Below are positions 42,177 to 56,966 of a stretch of 64,000 nucleotides of DNA, in pieces. The notes under the pieces were generated by a model that was not told where the DNA came from, searched no databases, and was given only the letters and a program-made list of their open reading frames with translations. Positions within the stretch are counted from its first letter, which is position 1; each line of letters begins with the position of its first letter. The DNA is taken from the NCBI RefSeq assembly GCF_024502345.1, contig NZ_JALDNN010000001.1; one strand, written 5' to 3'. The position numbers and the translations under genes are program-made. This DNA is from Escherichia coli (GTDB taxonomy: Bacteria > Pseudomonadota > Gammaproteobacteria > Enterobacterales > Enterobacteriaceae).

Positions 42177-42830
42177 ATGAATCAGACGCTACTTTCCTCT
42201 TTTGGTACGCCTTTCGAACGTGTTGAAAATGCACTGGCTGCGCTGCGTGAAGGACGCGGTGTAATGGTGCTTGATGATGAAGACCGTGAAAACGAAGGTG
42301 ATATGATCTTCCCGGCAGAAACCATGACCGTTGAGCAGATGGCGCTGACCATTCGCCACGGTAGCGGTATTGTTTGCCTGTGCATTACTGAAGATCGCCG
42401 TAAACAACTCGATCTGCCAATGATGGTAGAAAATAACACCAGCGCCTATGGCACCGGTTTTACCGTGACCATTGAAGCGGCTGAAGGTGTGACTACCGGT
42501 GTTTCTGCCGCTGACCGTATTACGACCGTTCGCGCAGCGATTGCCGATGGCGCAAAACCTTCTGATCTGAATCGCCCGGGCCACGTTTTCCCACTCCGCG
42601 CTCAGGCTGGTGGTGTACTGACGCGTGGCGGTCATACTGAAGCAACTATTGATCTAATGACGCTGGCAGGCTTTAAACCGGCTGGTGTGCTGTGTGAGCT
42701 GACTAATGACGATGGCACGATGGCGCGTGCACCAGAGTGCATTGAGTTTGCCAATAAACACAATATGGCACTCGTGACTATTGAAGACCTGGTGGCATAC
42801 CGTCAGGCACATGAGCGTAAAGCCAGCTGA
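42177..42830 (+). CDS. ribB: 3,4-dihydroxy-2-butanone 4-phosphate synthase RibB
   Basis: 217 aa. Confidence 0.97.
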   Translation: MNQTLLSSFGTPFERVENALAALREGRGVMVLDDEDRENEGDMIFPAETMTVEQMALTIRHGSGIVCLCITEDRRKQLDLPMMVENNTSAYGTGFTVTIEAAEGVTTGVSAADRITTVRAAIADGAKPSDLNRPGHVFPLRAQAGGVLTRGGHTEATIDLMTLAGFKPAGVLCELTNDDGTMARAPECIEFANKHNMALVTIEDLVAYRQAHERKAS

Positions 42831-43091
42831 AAACCGCTGCTTAATTTACTGCCTTAATCAAGAAACCGAAGTTGTAGCAGGCTTCGGTTTTTATTTTTCC
42901 CTGCTATGCAAGATGTTAATTCCGCTTCTCTTTCTATGAGAAAATTTCATTAATATCAGGCATTCTTTTTCATTATGATCAAAATCATATAATTGTTCCG
43001 TTATTATGCGACCATATGAATATATCCGAAAAAGGATATGTGAAATTTATGCGCTAAATGTTTAGTATTGTTAAATATTAAGGGTAAAAGG

Positions 43092-43262
43092 ATGTTTATC
43101 GCCTGGTACTGGATTGTATTGATTGCTCTTGTTGTGGTGGGTTATTTCCTGCATTTGAAACGTTATTGTCGGGCGTTTCGCCAGGACAGAGACGCACTGC
43201 TTGAAGCGCGGAACAAATACTTAAACAGTACGAGAGAAGAGACAGCCGAAAAGGTAGAATAA
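43092..43262 (+). CDS. small single-TM membrane protein (56 aa)
   Basis: ATG 43092 with aaaagg RBS; MFIAWYWIVLIALVVVGYFLHL; identity not firmly recalled. Confidence 0.5.
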   Translation: MFIAWYWIVLIALVVVGYFLHLKRYCRAFRQDRDALLEARNKYLNSTREETAEKVE

Positions 43263-43319
43263 GGCTTTAGTGAAGCTAGCAGAAGTTGTCCATGCGCTGG
43301 ACAACTTCTGATGTTGCTT

Positions 43320-44093
43320 TTAACCAATTCCCGCCGTTTGTAGCAGCACTAAACTGAATCCCATCACTGACATTCCACATAGTACGCCATAGCTGGGGTT
43401 ATTATTAGGGTCAATCTCTTTGGCGAGCGGCATTAATTCATCAACCGAGAGCGCCACCATAATTCCTGCAACCGCCGCCATGATTGCCGCCATGACCACC
43501 GGGGAAATCATGCTACCGAGGATTAACCACGCCAGCACACCACCAAGAATTTCTGCCAATCCAGAAATCCCCGCCCACAGAATTGCCGTGCGTTTAGAAC
43601 CCGTTGCTGCATAAACCGGGCCTGCAACCGCCAGACCTTCAGGAATATTGTGCAACGCGACGGCCAGTGCGATGCCAAATCCCAGCTCCAGGTTGCTGCT
43701 CGCCGTGACAAAGGTGGCAATCCCTTCCGGGAAGTTATGCAGACTGATGCCGAGAGTGAGCAGAATGGCTGTGCGCTTGATCGATTTTGGCAACGGCTGC
43801 ACCGATTTTTGCATTAAATCCTGCGGATGCGCATGTGGCAACATGCGGTCCAGGCCAAAATAGCCAAGCAGACCGAAGATAAACATTCCATAACCCAACA
43901 CAGGCGACATTCCTTCAGCTGCTAGTGCGGCAGGAAGCATTTCCATTAATGAGATGAGCAACATGATCCCCGCCGCAAATCCTAGCGAAAACGCCAGTAA
44001 GCGGTTCGAGGGTTTTTGCCCGAGAACGCCGAGAAACGCGCCAATAAACGTGGCTGCCCCCGCCAGTATGGTCAGAATGAGAGGTACTGACAT
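43320..44093 (-). CDS. zupT: zinc transporter ZupT (ZIP family)
   Basis: ATG at 44093 with AAGGAG RBS; 257 aa. Confidence 0.94.
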
Positions 44094-44208
44094 CGACAAC
44101 TCCTTATAAATCTTCACCTTCAGGCAGATCGTCAAAATAACTGATGATCATCATCATTGTTATCCGGGTTCTTACTCCGCCGAACAAGCGTATTGTGAGG
44201 ATATCAAA

Positions 44209-45024
44209 ATGACACCTTTAGTTAAGGATATCATCATGTCTTCAACACGTATGCCAGCATTGTTTTTAGGTCACGGTAGTCCGATGAACGTGCTGGAAGA
44301 TAATTTGTATACCCGCAGCTGGCAGAAGTTGGGGATGACATTGCCACGCCCGCAAGCGATTGTGGTGGTTTCGGCTCATTGGTTTACCCGTGGAACAGGA
44401 GTGACCGCGATGGAGACGCCGCCCACGATTCATGACTTTGGTGGCTTCCCGCAGGTGCTGTACGATACGCATTATCCTGCTCCGGGTTCGCCTGCGCTGG
44501 CACAGCGTCTGGTTGAGCTGTTAGCGCCGGTCCCGGTGACGCTGGATAAAGAAGCCTGGGGCTTTGACCACGGTTCCTGGGGCGTGCTGATTAAGATGTA
44601 TCCTGACGCCGATATCCCGATGGTGCAGTTGAGTATCGATAGTAGCAAACCTGCCGCCTGGCATTTCGAAATGGGGCGAAAACTCGCGGCGCTGCGTGAT
44701 GAAGGAATAATGTTGGTCGCCAGCGGCAACGTGGTGCATAACCTGCGTACAGTGAAGTGGCACGGTGATAGTTCACCGTATCCGTGGGCGACGTCGTTTA
44801 ATGAGTATGTGAAAGCGAATCTGACGTGGCAAGGGCCAGTGGAACAACATCCTCTGGTGAATTACCTCGACCATGAAGGTGGCGCGTTATCGAACCCAAC
44901 GCCAGAGCACTATCTGCCGTTGTTGTATGTGTTAGGTGCGTGGGATGGGCAGGAGCCAATTACCATTCCGGTCGATGGTATAGAAATGGGCAGTTTAAGT
45001 ATGCTGTCGGTGCAGATAGGTTAA
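44209..45024 (+). CDS. ygiD: 4,5-DOPA dioxygenase extradiol-like protein YgiD
   Basis: 271 aa from ATG 44209 (GAGG RBS); alternative start at 44236. Confidence 0.9.
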   Translation: MTPLVKDIIMSSTRMPALFLGHGSPMNVLEDNLYTRSWQKLGMTLPRPQAIVVVSAHWFTRGTGVTAMETPPTIHDFGGFPQVLYDTHYPAPGSPALAQRLVELLAPVPVTLDKEAWGFDHGSWGVLIKMYPDADIPMVQLSIDSSKPAAWHFEMGRKLAALRDEGIMLVASGNVVHNLRTVKWHGDSSPYPWATSFNEYVKANLTWQGPVEQHPLVNYLDHEGGALSNPTPEHYLPLLYVLGAWDGQEPITIPVDGIEMGSLSMLSVQIG

Positions 45025-45061
45025 CAATTACCGGATGGCGAATGCCATCCGGCATCATTGA

Positions 45062-46222
45062 TTACTCAACAAAAATATGCGGATAAAACCGAGACATATC
45101 CTGGGTGATCAATGCACGGTCTTCACGAATGCCAATTCCGGCAGGTTGATCGTTCACCAGCCAGCTACCAATCAGCATATAGCTGTCGCCGAATTTCGGT
45201 AACGGGTGGAATTGCTGAACAATCATCCCTTCTTCGCCATACGGACCTTCCGCTGCTTCAATGGTTTTGCCGTTCTCAATGATCGACACGTTTGCGCCTT
45301 CACGGGAGAAGATCGGTTTAACCACATATTTTTCCATTTGCGGATGATCATCTTCCGCAAAATAAGCGGGCAGCAGGTTCGGGTGATTCGGGAACATCTC
45401 CCACAGTAGCGGTAGAAGTGCCTTGTTGGAGATAATGCTCTTCCACGCCGGTTCCAGCCAGCGTACGCCTGCATCCTCCAGCTTGGTGGAAAACATCTCA
45501 CGCAACATAAATTCCCACGGATACAGCTTGAACAGGTTGGAAATTACCTGATCCTGTAAATCCGTGAACTGACCTTTTTCACCTAACCCGATATCGTCAA
45601 TGTAGAGGAACTCGGTAGCGATTTCAGCTTCCGTCGCGCAGTCCTGCAAATACTGAATGGTTCCGCGATCTTCCACCGTGTCGCGACAGCAGGTGAGATG
45701 CAGCAACTGGAAGCCATACTGTTCACGCAGCTCAACGAAGCGATCGATCAGTTTTTCTTGCAGACTGTTAAACTGGTCGCTGCCCTCCGGCAAGTTACCG
45801 GCGTTAAGCTGATCTTCCAGCCAGATCCACTGAAAGAACGCCGCCTCGTATAGTGACGTTGGCGTATCGGCGTTATTTTCCAGAAGTTTAGGTTCGCCAG
45901 TGCCATCCCACGCCAGATCAAGACGCGAATAAAGCGATGGCTGGTGCGTCAGCCATGACTGGCGCACAAAACTCCAGGTGTGTTTTGGTATGCGGAATTT
46001 GGTCATCAGCTCATCGCTGGCGATCACTTTTTCCACCACTTTCAGGCACATCTGGTGCAGTTCGGCGGTGACTTCTTCCAGCTTTTCAACCTGGGCGAGG
46101 GTCAACTTGTAGTAAGCATCTTCACACCAGTACGGCTCGCCGTACATGGTGTGAAAATTGAAACCGTATTCGTGGGCTTTCTCACGCCAGTCCGGGCGCT
46201 CGGTAATACTGACTCTTTCCAT
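45062..46222 (-). CDS. ygiC: glutathionylspermidine synthase-like ATP-grasp protein YgiC
   Basis: 386 aa. Confidence 0.93.
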
Positions 46223-46227
46223 CGGTA

Positions 46228-46899
46228 TCAGCCACCCATTGAACGAGAAGAGGTACCGGTTGCGCTACGCTGCATAGTGCTTTGTTTGGCAACAGATTCA
46301 CCAAAACCGCCACGGGTAACGGTAGTGGTGGTCGCCGGTTTTGGTGCCATTGCCGTCTTCGGTACGGTCATGGTGCGGCCTGGCTGGGCTGCGCCATAGT
46401 TTTTACCCGTCGCGTCGGTATATTTACCGTAAGCCGGACTGGCTGGGTTTTTCGAGGAGAACAGCGGCTGCTGTGCAAATCCCGCGCCGCCGCCCATCAG
46501 ACGCCCCATCATGTAACCGGCCATCAGCGGCATCCAGAAACTCCCGCTGGATTGCTGAGCCTGCGCCTGGTTTTCTGGTGCCATGCCAGCCTGGGCTGGT
46601 GCTTGCTGGCACTGGCCTTCACCAAATTCAGCAACACAGTCTTCACGGGTGGCGTATTTCGGCGCAGTACGTTCGGCTTCTTTCAGCGCATTGTTGTACG
46701 CGGTGGTACATTCGGCGCTTTTGCCTGGGTTTGCAGCTGAACAGTCGTCAGCATTTTGATAGAGAGACACTGTTTCATCACTCTTTTCACAGCCAGCCAG
46801 CATAAAAACAGTGGCAACCGCGAGAGCGACTGGTGTCAGATGGCGTGCGCTCCAGTTTTTGCGGAACGATGCGTGGCGTATGGATTTTGTCCGTTTCAT
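46228..46899 (-). CDS. ygiB: DUF1190 lipoprotein YgiB
   Basis: trimmed to MKRTKSIRH start (223 aa); LAGC lipobox. Confidence 0.88.
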
Positions 46900-47046
46900 T
46901 TTTGTCTTCCGGGACCAGTGGTAAATACCCATCAGAATAGAGGATGGCTGGTCGAAATTGAAGCGAGAAGGGGGAAGAATGCGGCAGATAACCCGTATCT
47001 TTACGTTGCCTTACGTTCAGACGGGGCCGAAGCCCCGTCGTCGTCA

Positions 47047-48528
47047 TCAGTTACGGAAAGGGTTATGACCGTTACTGGTGGTAGTGCGTGCGGATGTTTG
47101 CTGAACGACGGGGGCCGGGCTATCAGGCGCATAACCATCAGCAATAGCATTCTGTTCCGGCGTTTGCGGGGCAACGTTTTCCGGATTAGTGGAAACCGGT
47201 TTGCTCAGCGCATTGTTCAGTGCCAGCAGATCCTGCTCGTTCAACGTACCCAGGGCTGACTTAATATTCAGCTGATTAATCAGGTAGTTATAACGCGCAT
47301 TCGCCAGCTCTTGCTTGGCGTTGTACAGCGTGGTGGTCGCATCCAACACATCAACAATGGTACGCGTACCGACCGAGTAGCCCGCTTCCATCGCGTCTAA
47401 TGAGCTTTGAGCGGAAACTACGGCTTGTTTGTAGGCGTTAATACTACTGATAGAAGCATTAATGTTGTTGAAGGAGGAACGTACGGTTTGCACGACGCTA
47501 CGATGCGCGCTTTCCAGTTGCTCGCTGGCACCAACAAAGTTGTACTGTGCCTGTTTCACCTGCGAGTTAACCATTCCGCCCTGATAAATCGGCAGCGAGA
47601 AGCTCAGGCCAACTTTGTTCTGGCCCATATTGCTATCGTCATACTGGGTACCAGCGGCACCACGGGTTTTCGAACCGCTATAAGAGGTGTCAGAAATCCC
47701 GGTAGAAGCCGTTAAATCCAGAGTCGGTAAGTGACCATCCTGCGCCTGGCGAATTTGCTCGCGCGCCAGGTCCTGGCTCAAGCGTGCCTGTAACAGCGAC
47801 AGGTTGCGTTTTTCGGCTTCTTTCAGCAGCGCGTTAACCGGCTGTGGTTTGTCGGTTTTAAAGTTTTCGACATTCAGCGCCGCCAGTTCCGGATAGTAGT
47901 TACCGGTGATCTGGCGCAGCTGCTCTACCGCGTTATCAAGGTTATTACGTGCGGTCACTTCGTTCGCCAGCACGGTATCGTACTGCGCGCGGGCGTTCTG
48001 CACGTCGGTGATCGCTACCAGGCCCACGTTAAAACGTTGGGTGGTTTGATCTAATTGACGGTAGATCGCTTCTTTTTGCGCCTGTGTATAGGAAAGAACG
48101 TCAATAGCATTCAACACGTTGAAATAAGCGGTCGCGGTGTTGAGGATCAAGGTTTGCTGATCGGTCTGATACGTGACGTCCTGAATCCCTGCTGCTTTTT
48201 CCTGCAGCGTTAACGCACGCCATTTCGACATATCAAAAATGGATTGAGTTAACTGCAGGGACGCACTGGTCGCGTTAGAGTTGATGCCGTTCGCGTCGCG
48301 GTAGCCGTTGCTATAGGTGTAATCTGCACCTAAACCTAGCTGTGGCAGTAATGGACTGCGCGCTTCATTAATTTTTTCAAAGGCAGCATCACGATCGGCG
48401 GCAGACTTACGCAATTCCGGGTTACTAAGGCGTGCTTGCTGATAAACTTGCATCAGGTTCTCGGCCTGGCTCAACGAACTGAACCCAGAAAGGCTCAGGC
48501 CGATAAGAATGGGGAGCAATTTCTTCAT
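47047..48528 (-). CDS. tolC: outer membrane channel TolC
   Basis: trimmed to MKKLLPILIGLSLSGFSSLSQA signal peptide start; 493 aa. Confidence 0.97.
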   Translation of the reverse strand: MKKLLPILIGLSLSGFSSLSQAENLMQVYQQARLSNPELRKSAADRDAAFEKINEARSPLLPQLGLGADYTYSNGYRDANGINSNATSASLQLTQSIFDMSKWRALTLQEKAAGIQDVTYQTDQQTLILNTATAYFNVLNAIDVLSYTQAQKEAIYRQLDQTTQRFNVGLVAITDVQNARAQYDTVLANEVTARNNLDNAVEQLRQITGNYYPELAALNVENFKTDKPQPVNALLKEAEKRNLSLLQARLSQDLAREQIRQAQDGHLPTLDLTASTGISDTSYSGSKTRGAAGTQYDDSNMGQNKVGLSFSLPIYQGGMVNSQVKQAQYNFVGASEQLESAHRSVVQTVRSSFNNINASISSINAYKQAVVSAQSSLDAMEAGYSVGTRTIVDVLDATTTLYNAKQELANARYNYLINQLNIKSALGTLNEQDLLALNNALSKPVSTNPENVAPQTPEQNAIADGYAPDSPAPVVQQTSARTTTSNGHNPFRN

Positions 48529-48732
48529 TTGCATTCCTTGTGGTGAAGCAGTATTTAGCGCGATCAAACTGTAAAATTATTGCGGATTCTAGCAGAAGCC
48601 GCTACCGCAAAAGGTTGGCGTTACGTGCCATAGGGCGTTAATGTGCCTCAATTTAACACATGACTGCTCAAACGGCAGTCAAACGTCGCTGAAATTCACA
48701 TTTAATTCACTATTAGTGCCAGGACATTAACA
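48529..48732. promoter_or_regulatory. divergent tolC / nudF promoter region (known mar/sox/rob-regulated tolC promoters lie here)
   Basis: position only; individual boxes not resolved by eye. Confidence 0.4.
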
Positions 48733-49362
48733 ATGCTTAAGCCAGACAACCTGCCCGTTACATTTGGCAAAAACGATGTAGAAATTATTGCACGAGAAAC
48801 ACTTTATCGCGGCTTTTTTTCATTAGATCTTTATAGATTTCGTCATCGTCTATTCAACGGGCAAATGAGTCATGAGGTGCGGCGGGAAATTTTTGAGCGC
48901 GGTCACGCCGCAGTCTTGCTACCCTTTGACCCAGTGCGTGATGAAGTTGTGCTGATTGAGCAGATTCGGATTGCCGCATACGACACCAGTGAAACCCCCT
49001 GGCTACTGGAGATGGTTGCCGGGATGATTGAAGAGGGTGAAAGTGTGGAAGATGTTGCCCGTCGCGAAGCGATTGAAGAGGCGGGACTGATAGTCAAACG
49101 GACCAAACCGGTGTTAAGTTTCCTGGCAAGCCCAGGGGGCACCAGTGAGCGTTCGTCAATTATGGTGGGCGAAGTGGACGCCACGACCGCAAGCGGTATT
49201 CATGGTCTGGCTGATGAAAACGAAGATATTCGCGTTCATGTGGTAAGCCGGGAACAGGCATACCAGTGGGTAGAAGAGGGGAAAATCGACAACGCAGCGT
49301 CGGTCATCGCTTTGCAATGGCTGCAGCTGCATCATCAAGCGTTAAAAAATGAGTGGGCATAA
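48733..49362 (+). CDS. nudF: ADP-ribose pyrophosphatase NudF
   Basis: 209 aa, Nudix box. Confidence 0.96.
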
Positions 49363-49785
49363 ATGAAGCGTTACACACCTGACTTTCCTGAAATGATGCG
49401 CCTGTGCGAGATGAACTTTTCACAATTGCGCCGTTTGTTACCGCGCAATGACGCACCCGGCGAAACTGTAAGCTATCAGGTGGCAAACGCACAATATCGG
49501 CTGACGATTGTGGAATCGACCCGATACACTACCCTGGTGACAATAGAACAGACTGCGCCCGCGATCAGTTACTGGAGCCTTCCGTCAATGACGGTGCGTC
49601 TGTATCATGACGCGATGGTGGCTGAAGTGTGTTCAAGCCAGCAGATTTTTCGCTTCAAAGCGCGGTATGATTATCCTAATAAAAAGTTGCATCAACGCGA
49701 CGAAAAGCATCAAATTAACCAGTTTTTAGCGGACTGGTTGCGATACTGTTTAGCACATGGAGCGATGGCGATTCCGGTTTACTAG
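49363..49785 (+). CDS. yqiB: DUF1249 protein YqiB
   Basis: 140 aa, immediately follows nudF. Confidence 0.9.
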
Positions 49786-49809
49786 CGTCGTGAAACCTAA
49801 GGACACCAT

Positions 49810-50637
49810 TTGGAAAGCCTGTTAACCCTTCCTCTGGCTGGTGAGGCCAGAGTCAGGATTTTACAAATTACCGATACTCACCTGTTTGCACAAAAGCACG
49901 AAGCCCTGTTAGGGGTAAACACCTGGGAAAGCTACCAGGCGGTGCTGGAGGCGATTCGTCCACACCAGCACGAATTCGACCTGATTGTCGCGACAGGTGA
50001 TTTAGCGCAGGATCAATCCTCTGCGGCCTATCAGCATTTCGCTGAAGGCATCGCAAGTTTTCGTGCGCCCTGCGTCTGGCTGCCGGGCAACCACGATTTC
50101 CAGCCCGCGATGTACAGCGCGTTACAGGATGCGGGTATCTCCCCGGCGAAGCGCGTGTTTATTGGTGAGCAATGGCAAATCCTGTTGCTGGATAGCCAGG
50201 TGTTTGGCGTGCCGCACGGTGAGCTGAGCGAGTTTCAGCTTGAGTGGCTGGAACGTAAACTGGCCGATGCGCCAGAGCGCCATACGTTGCTGCTGCTGCA
50301 TCATCATCCGCTACCTGCGGGTTGTAGTTGGCTTGATCAACACAGCCTGCGTAACGCGGGCGAACTGGATACCGTGCTGGCGAAGTTTCCGCACGTCAAA
50401 TACTTGCTGTGCGGTCATATTCATCAGGAGCTGGATCTCGACTGGAACGGTCGCCGCCTGCTGGCAACGCCGTCGACCTGTGTGCAGTTTAAGCCGCACT
50501 GTTCCAACTTTACGCTGGATACTATCGCGCCCGGCTGGCGTACTCTCGAGTTACATGCTGATGGCACGCTGACCACCGAGGTGCATCGCCTGGCGGACAC
50601 ACGTTTCCAACCTGATACCGCTTCAGAAGGCTACTGA
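49810..50637 (+). CDS. cpdA: 3',5'-cyclic AMP phosphodiesterase CpdA
   Basis: 275 aa; TTG start at 49810. Confidence 0.93.
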   Translation: MESLLTLPLAGEARVRILQITDTHLFAQKHEALLGVNTWESYQAVLEAIRPHQHEFDLIVATGDLAQDQSSAAYQHFAEGIASFRAPCVWLPGNHDFQPAMYSALQDAGISPAKRVFIGEQWQILLLDSQVFGVPHGELSEFQLEWLERKLADAPERHTLLLLHHHPLPAGCSWLDQHSLRNAGELDTVLAKFPHVKYLLCGHIHQELDLDWNGRRLLATPSTCVQFKPHCSNFTLDTIAPGWRTLELHADGTLTTEVHRLADTRFQPDTASEGY

Positions 50638-51218
50638 TGTCTACGCTTCTTTATTTACACGGTTTCAACAGCTCGCCGCGCTCTGCAAAAGCGAGCTTGT
50701 TAAAAAACTGGCTGGCGGAACATCACCCTGACGTTGAGATGATCATTCCGCAGTTGCCGCCGTATCCTTCCGACGCGGCAGAGCTGCTGGAATCCATTGT
50801 CCTGGAACATGGCGGCGATTCGCTGGGTATTGTCGGTTCGTCACTGGGGGGATATTACGCCACCTGGTTGTCACAATGTTTTATGCTGCCCGCAGTGGTG
50901 GTAAACCCGGCGGTGCGCCCGTTTGAACTGCTGACGGACTATCTCGGTCAGAACGAGAACCCCTACACCGGGCAGCAATATGTGCTAGAGTCACGCCATA
51001 TTTACGATCTCAAAGTCATGCAGATTGACCCGCTGGAAGCGCCGGATTTGATCTGGCTGCTGCAACAGACGGGAGATGAAGTGCTGGATTACCGCCAGGC
51101 GGTGGCGTACTACGCTTCCTGCCGCCAGACTGTCATAGAAGGCGGCAACCACGCATTCACGGGCTTCGAAGATTATTTCAACCCGATCGTCGATTTTCTT
51201 GGTCTGCACCATCTCTGA
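50637..51218 (+). CDS. yqiA: esterase YqiA
   Basis: 193 aa; start overlaps cpdA stop. Confidence 0.92.
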   Translation: MSTLLYLHGFNSSPRSAKASLLKNWLAEHHPDVEMIIPQLPPYPSDAAELLESIVLEHGGDSLGIVGSSLGGYYATWLSQCFMLPAVVVNPAVRPFELLTDYLGQNENPYTGQQYVLESRHIYDLKVMQIDPLEAPDLIWLLQQTGDEVLDYRQAVAYYASCRQTVIEGGNHAFTGFEDYFNPIVDFLGLHHL

Positions 51219-51243
51219 CGATCAACTCGAATTGCTAACTTAA

Positions 51244-53139
<1,896 letters not shown>

Positions 53140-53186
53140 AGTAAAGAACATTGCCCGGTCAGGATGGCCGGGCAAACAAGGCAGGT

Positions 53187-53501
53187 TTAAATCCCAGGTT
53201 GCAGGATGCGGATATTCATCTCCAGCACGTCGCCTTTTACGGCTTCGCTGTACGCCTTCATGTGCGGGGTTTGCAGATGCGCTTCAAGATGCGCGATGCT
53301 TTCCCACTGCTCAATCATCACGATAGAATCCGGTGCCATAGACTGGAAACTCACGCCAGCAGCGCAATCCACCATTGGCGCATAGCCGTGGCAACCTTCT
53401 TCTTTCAGTACGGTTGGAACGATTTTAGCAAACTGATCCAATACCGCCTGACGGTGATGTTGACCAGGACGAGTACGGATTTCTGCGATTACGGTAAGCA
53501 T
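53187..53501 (-). CDS. ygiN: quinol monooxygenase YgiN
   Basis: 104 aa. Confidence 0.94.
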   Translation of the reverse strand: MLTVIAEIRTRPGQHHRQAVLDQFAKIVPTVLKEEGCHGYAPMVDCAAGVSFQSMAPDSIVMIEQWESIAHLEAHLQTPHMKAYSEAVKGDVLEMNIRILQPGI

Positions 53502-53531
53502 GGTTAACTCCTTCTAAAGCCTGAGCTCTAG

Positions 53532-54113
53532 TTAACCAAAAATTTCCACAAGATGCTTGCGATATTCTTCAGTATAGCGGGGAACATCAGGCATTTTTAT
53601 CACGTCATTAGCGATAAATGTCGGCAGCGGTTCCATGCCAAGGAATTGGTTTGCTTTATGGAACGGCAGATACACACCGTCGACGCCAACGCCGTGGAAG
53701 AATTGATCTTTTTCGGTGAAGGCTTCCATTGGTGCGTTCCAGGTCAGAGAAAGCATATATTTTTTGCCCTGTACCAGGCCGCCGGAACCGTATTTTTTTG
53801 ACGGATCTTTGCGGGTACGGCCATCGCTGGCATACAGCGTTCCATGACCTTCGGTGAATACATCATCAATATATTTTTTCACTGTCCACGGCGCGCCCAT
53901 CCACCAGCCTGGCATCTGCCAGATCACCACATCAGCCCAGAGAAAGTTTTGTACTTCCGCTTTGACATCGTAGTCGCTGTCGGCGCGAACGATGCGGACA
54001 TCATGCCCGAGGTCGCGCAGTGTGCCATCCGCGACTTCGGTCAGGGTGTCGTTCAGTTGACCATTGGAGTGGGCGAATTTTTTCGCGCCGTTGATAATCA
54101 GGATGTTGCTCAT
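53532..54113 (-). CDS. mdaB: NADPH:quinone oxidoreductase MdaB
   Basis: 193 aa. Confidence 0.95.
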   Translation of the reverse strand: MSNILIINGAKKFAHSNGQLNDTLTEVADGTLRDLGHDVRIVRADSDYDVKAEVQNFLWADVVIWQMPGWWMGAPWTVKKYIDDVFTEGHGTLYASDGRTRKDPSKKYGSGGLVQGKKYMLSLTWNAPMEAFTEKDQFFHGVGVDGVYLPFHKANQFLGMEPLPTFIANDVIKMPDVPRYTEEYRKHLVEIFG

Positions 54114-54431
54114 TTTTTAACCTCAAGGTGAGACGTTTGCCGACTATAGTACGTCACAGAGCGGTACGGTGAAATTAGCAAAATGTGCAAAGTCTTTTGC
54201 GAATTTAGCAAAAGTCTGATCTTGCTCTGACTCACCGATGCAGGATAAATATTTTCTGAAAATGACAATACTGATAGCCATTCCTCATAATTCTTACTCG
54301 CACCGGAATAATTTACACGTTTGGTTCGGTTTTTTTTGGGATTGAAAATATGGCTTTGAATAAGTAAAAGATGAAAATATCAACGTGTCATGTTGATAAT
54401 TATAAATGGATTTTTATGAGCGTACTGATAT

Positions 54432-54764
54432 ATGTTAAAGCATAAAATTCAAACAATATTTGAAGCTCTGTTATACATAATGCTTACTTATTGGTTAATA
54501 GATGCTTTTTTTGCTTTCAATAAGTATGACTGGATGCTTGAGTCGGGAGACAATATTTGCAGTATACCTTCCGTTTCAGGCGAAGATCGTATATTGCAAG
54601 CAATGATTGCAGCATTTTTTCTTCTTACGCCACTTATTATTCTTATCTTAAGAAAACTCTTTATGCGGGAAATGTTCGAGTTTTGGGTATATGTATTCTC
54701 GCTCGGTATTTGTCTGGTTTGTGGTTGGTGGCTTTTTTGGGGACGGTTTATATTTTGCTATTAG
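54432..54764 (+). CDS. ygiZ: inner membrane protein YgiZ
   Basis: 110 aa, AT-rich, several TM segments. Confidence 0.8.
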   Translation: MLKHKIQTIFEALLYIMLTYWLIDAFFAFNKYDWMLESGDNICSIPSVSGEDRILQAMIAAFFLLTPLIILILRKLFMREMFEFWVYVFSLGICLVCGWWLFWGRFIFCY

Positions 54765-54809
54765 TAAAATCTATGAGAGTCGTTTTAACGGCTCTCATAG
54801 ACAGAGAAG

Positions 54810-56159
54810 TTACCAGCTTACCTTCGCCTCAAATCCATCTTGTTCCGCATTCCCAAACTCAACATTCATGCCATGCAATTTGGCGATTCGCTGGACAATC
54901 GATAGCCCAAGTCCACTGCCGGTAGCGGTTTGTCCGGGGGGGCGATAGAAGCGTTCGCCAATTCGCGCCAGAGCCTCTGGCGTCACACCGGGGCCGTTAT
55001 CCCTCACGATGAAATTATCAGCATTCAGCGTGACGTCTATCACGCTGCCCTGTGGACTGTAGCGCACGGCGTTATCCAGCAAATTTCGCACCAACAAACT
55101 TAGCAATAGCGGTTGTCCGGTGCGTTTGATGCCCTGGACATTGAGTGTCAGTCGCACGTCAATTTTCGCCTGCTGCGCTGTGTGGTAAATATCCATCACC
55201 GACGATTGCAGGAGATCTTCAAGCGGGATCTCCGCGACGTCCTGAAGGTTATCCAGTGAGTCCAGCCGCGATAGCATGAGCAGTTGATCAACCAGACGAG
55301 TAGCGCGATCGATCCCGGAATGTAATTGAAGCAGTGCTTTTTTCCGCGCCTGCGGATCATCGTCAGAGAGCTGCGCAACTTCGGTTTGCACTTTCAGCGC
55401 TGTTAACGGGCTACGTAGTTCGTGAGCTGCATCGGAGGTAAAGCGTCGTTCTCGAACCATCATCGCATGTGTGCGGGCGAACAGTTGATTTAGCGACTCA
55501 ACCAACGGACGCACTTCGCTGGGTACGCCAGTCGCGTTTAGTGGTTTTTCCGAGTCAGGGTCACGCATACGCAGCGCCAGCGCCAGTTTGTTCAGCGGCG
55601 CGAGTTCACGACCCAATAGTACCATCATGATGATTAACATAATCGGCAGTGCGACCAGCCACGGGATCAATTGCCCGGCAACAATCGCCAGCGCCATGTC
55701 TTCACGGTATTCCCATTCCTGACCAACAACGATGCGATATTTGCCATCAGGTGAGGTCATCCAGACAAAACGCCATTGATCTTTATCGCCCACCAGTTGC
55801 CCGTCAGCAAAACCTTCCCGTTGATAGCTATAAGGAATATCTTCTCCGTTATCGCCATCGTTAAGGACCATTCTGCCGTCGTGGGTAAAGATGGCAAAGG
55901 TCAGCGCATCGTCATCAACATGACCGTGTTTTAATTTATTTGGCGTCTGTGCCATGCGATCCGCCGCGTTGATTTCGTTGAGATCGAGCGTACTTAACCG
56001 CTTGGCAAACAGCATCAGTTGGGTGTCGAACAATTCATCGACGTTATCCGTTGTTTGTTTCCAGGCGACAAAGCTGGAAAGCAGCCAGGTCACCGAGGCC
56101 AGAATTAAAAAGATTAGTGTCAGCCTGACGCGCAGACTAAGACGTTGGGTAAATTTCAT
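54810..56159 (-). CDS. qseC: quorum-sensing sensor histidine kinase QseC
   Basis: 449 aa. Confidence 0.96.
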   Translation of the reverse strand: MKFTQRLSLRVRLTLIFLILASVTWLLSSFVAWKQTTDNVDELFDTQLMLFAKRLSTLDLNEINAADRMAQTPNKLKHGHVDDDALTFAIFTHDGRMVLNDGDNGEDIPYSYQREGFADGQLVGDKDQWRFVWMTSPDGKYRIVVGQEWEYREDMALAIVAGQLIPWLVALPIMLIIMMVLLGRELAPLNKLALALRMRDPDSEKPLNATGVPSEVRPLVESLNQLFARTHAMMVRERRFTSDAAHELRSPLTALKVQTEVAQLSDDDPQARKKALLQLHSGIDRATRLVDQLLMLSRLDSLDNLQDVAEIPLEDLLQSSVMDIYHTAQQAKIDVRLTLNVQGIKRTGQPLLLSLLVRNLLDNAVRYSPQGSVIDVTLNADNFIVRDNGPGVTPEALARIGERFYRPPGQTATGSGLGLSIVQRIAKLHGMNVEFGNAEQDGFEAKVSW

Positions 56160-56815
56160 TTCTCACCTAATGTGTAGCCAATACCATGCACGGTACGAAT
56201 AAAATCACTACCGAGTTTGCGTCGCAGATGATGCACATGCACTTCAACGGCATTACTGGTGACCTCTTCGTCCCAGGTATACAGTTTCTCTTCAATCAGT
56301 TTGCGCGGCAGTACCCGACCAGCGTTACGCATCAGTAATTCCAGCAGGGCAAGTTCTTTTGGTTTCAGTGTTAAGGGTTCGCCAGCCAGCGTGGCGATAC
56401 GTTTGCCGGGGTCGAGCATTACGTTACCGTGGCGCAGTTCGTTGCTGGCCTGGCCGTTGGTTCGGCGCATCAGAGCTTCCAGCCTGGCGGCGACTTCTAT
56501 CAACGCAAAAGGTTTACACAGATAATCGTCAGCTCCCAGACGCAGCCCTTCTACACGTTCCGCCAGCGCATCGCGCGCGGTCAGGATCAGTACAGGCTCA
56601 CGCTGACCTTTTTCTCGCCATTCGCGCAAAATATCGCGACCATCCATGCCTGGTAAGGTTAAATCCAGGATCACCGCATCATAAGGTGCGCTATAAAGCG
56701 CCTCTTTTCCCTGACGACCTTGTGTAAACCAGTCGACGCTAAAACCCATTTTACTAAGGCCCGTTTTGATGCCGTCGCCAATCAGCATGTCATCTTCTAT
56801 CAGTAAAATTCGCAT
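56156..56815 (-). CDS. qseB: response regulator QseB (OmpR family)
   Basis: 219 aa; stop overlaps qseC start. Confidence 0.96.
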   Translation of the reverse strand: MRILLIEDDMLIGDGIKTGLSKMGFSVDWFTQGRQGKEALYSAPYDAVILDLTLPGMDGRDILREWREKGQREPVLILTARDALAERVEGLRLGADDYLCKPFALIEVAARLEALMRRTNGQASNELRHGNVMLDPGKRIATLAGEPLTLKPKELALLELLMRNAGRVLPRKLIEEKLYTWDEEVTSNAVEVHVHHLRRKLGSDFIRTVHGIGYTLGEK

Positions 56816-56966
56816 TTTTTCATCCCTGCGATAACCGTATTTGCTGCCAGTAAACCGTGTTGTAACGCGCTCTGTACAGCACTAAATTTTATTTTTTTCC
56901 CTTAAGAAGTTGTTAAGGACTATCTTGTTAAATGCTCGGAAACAGACATTAAAGGGAGTAATAAAC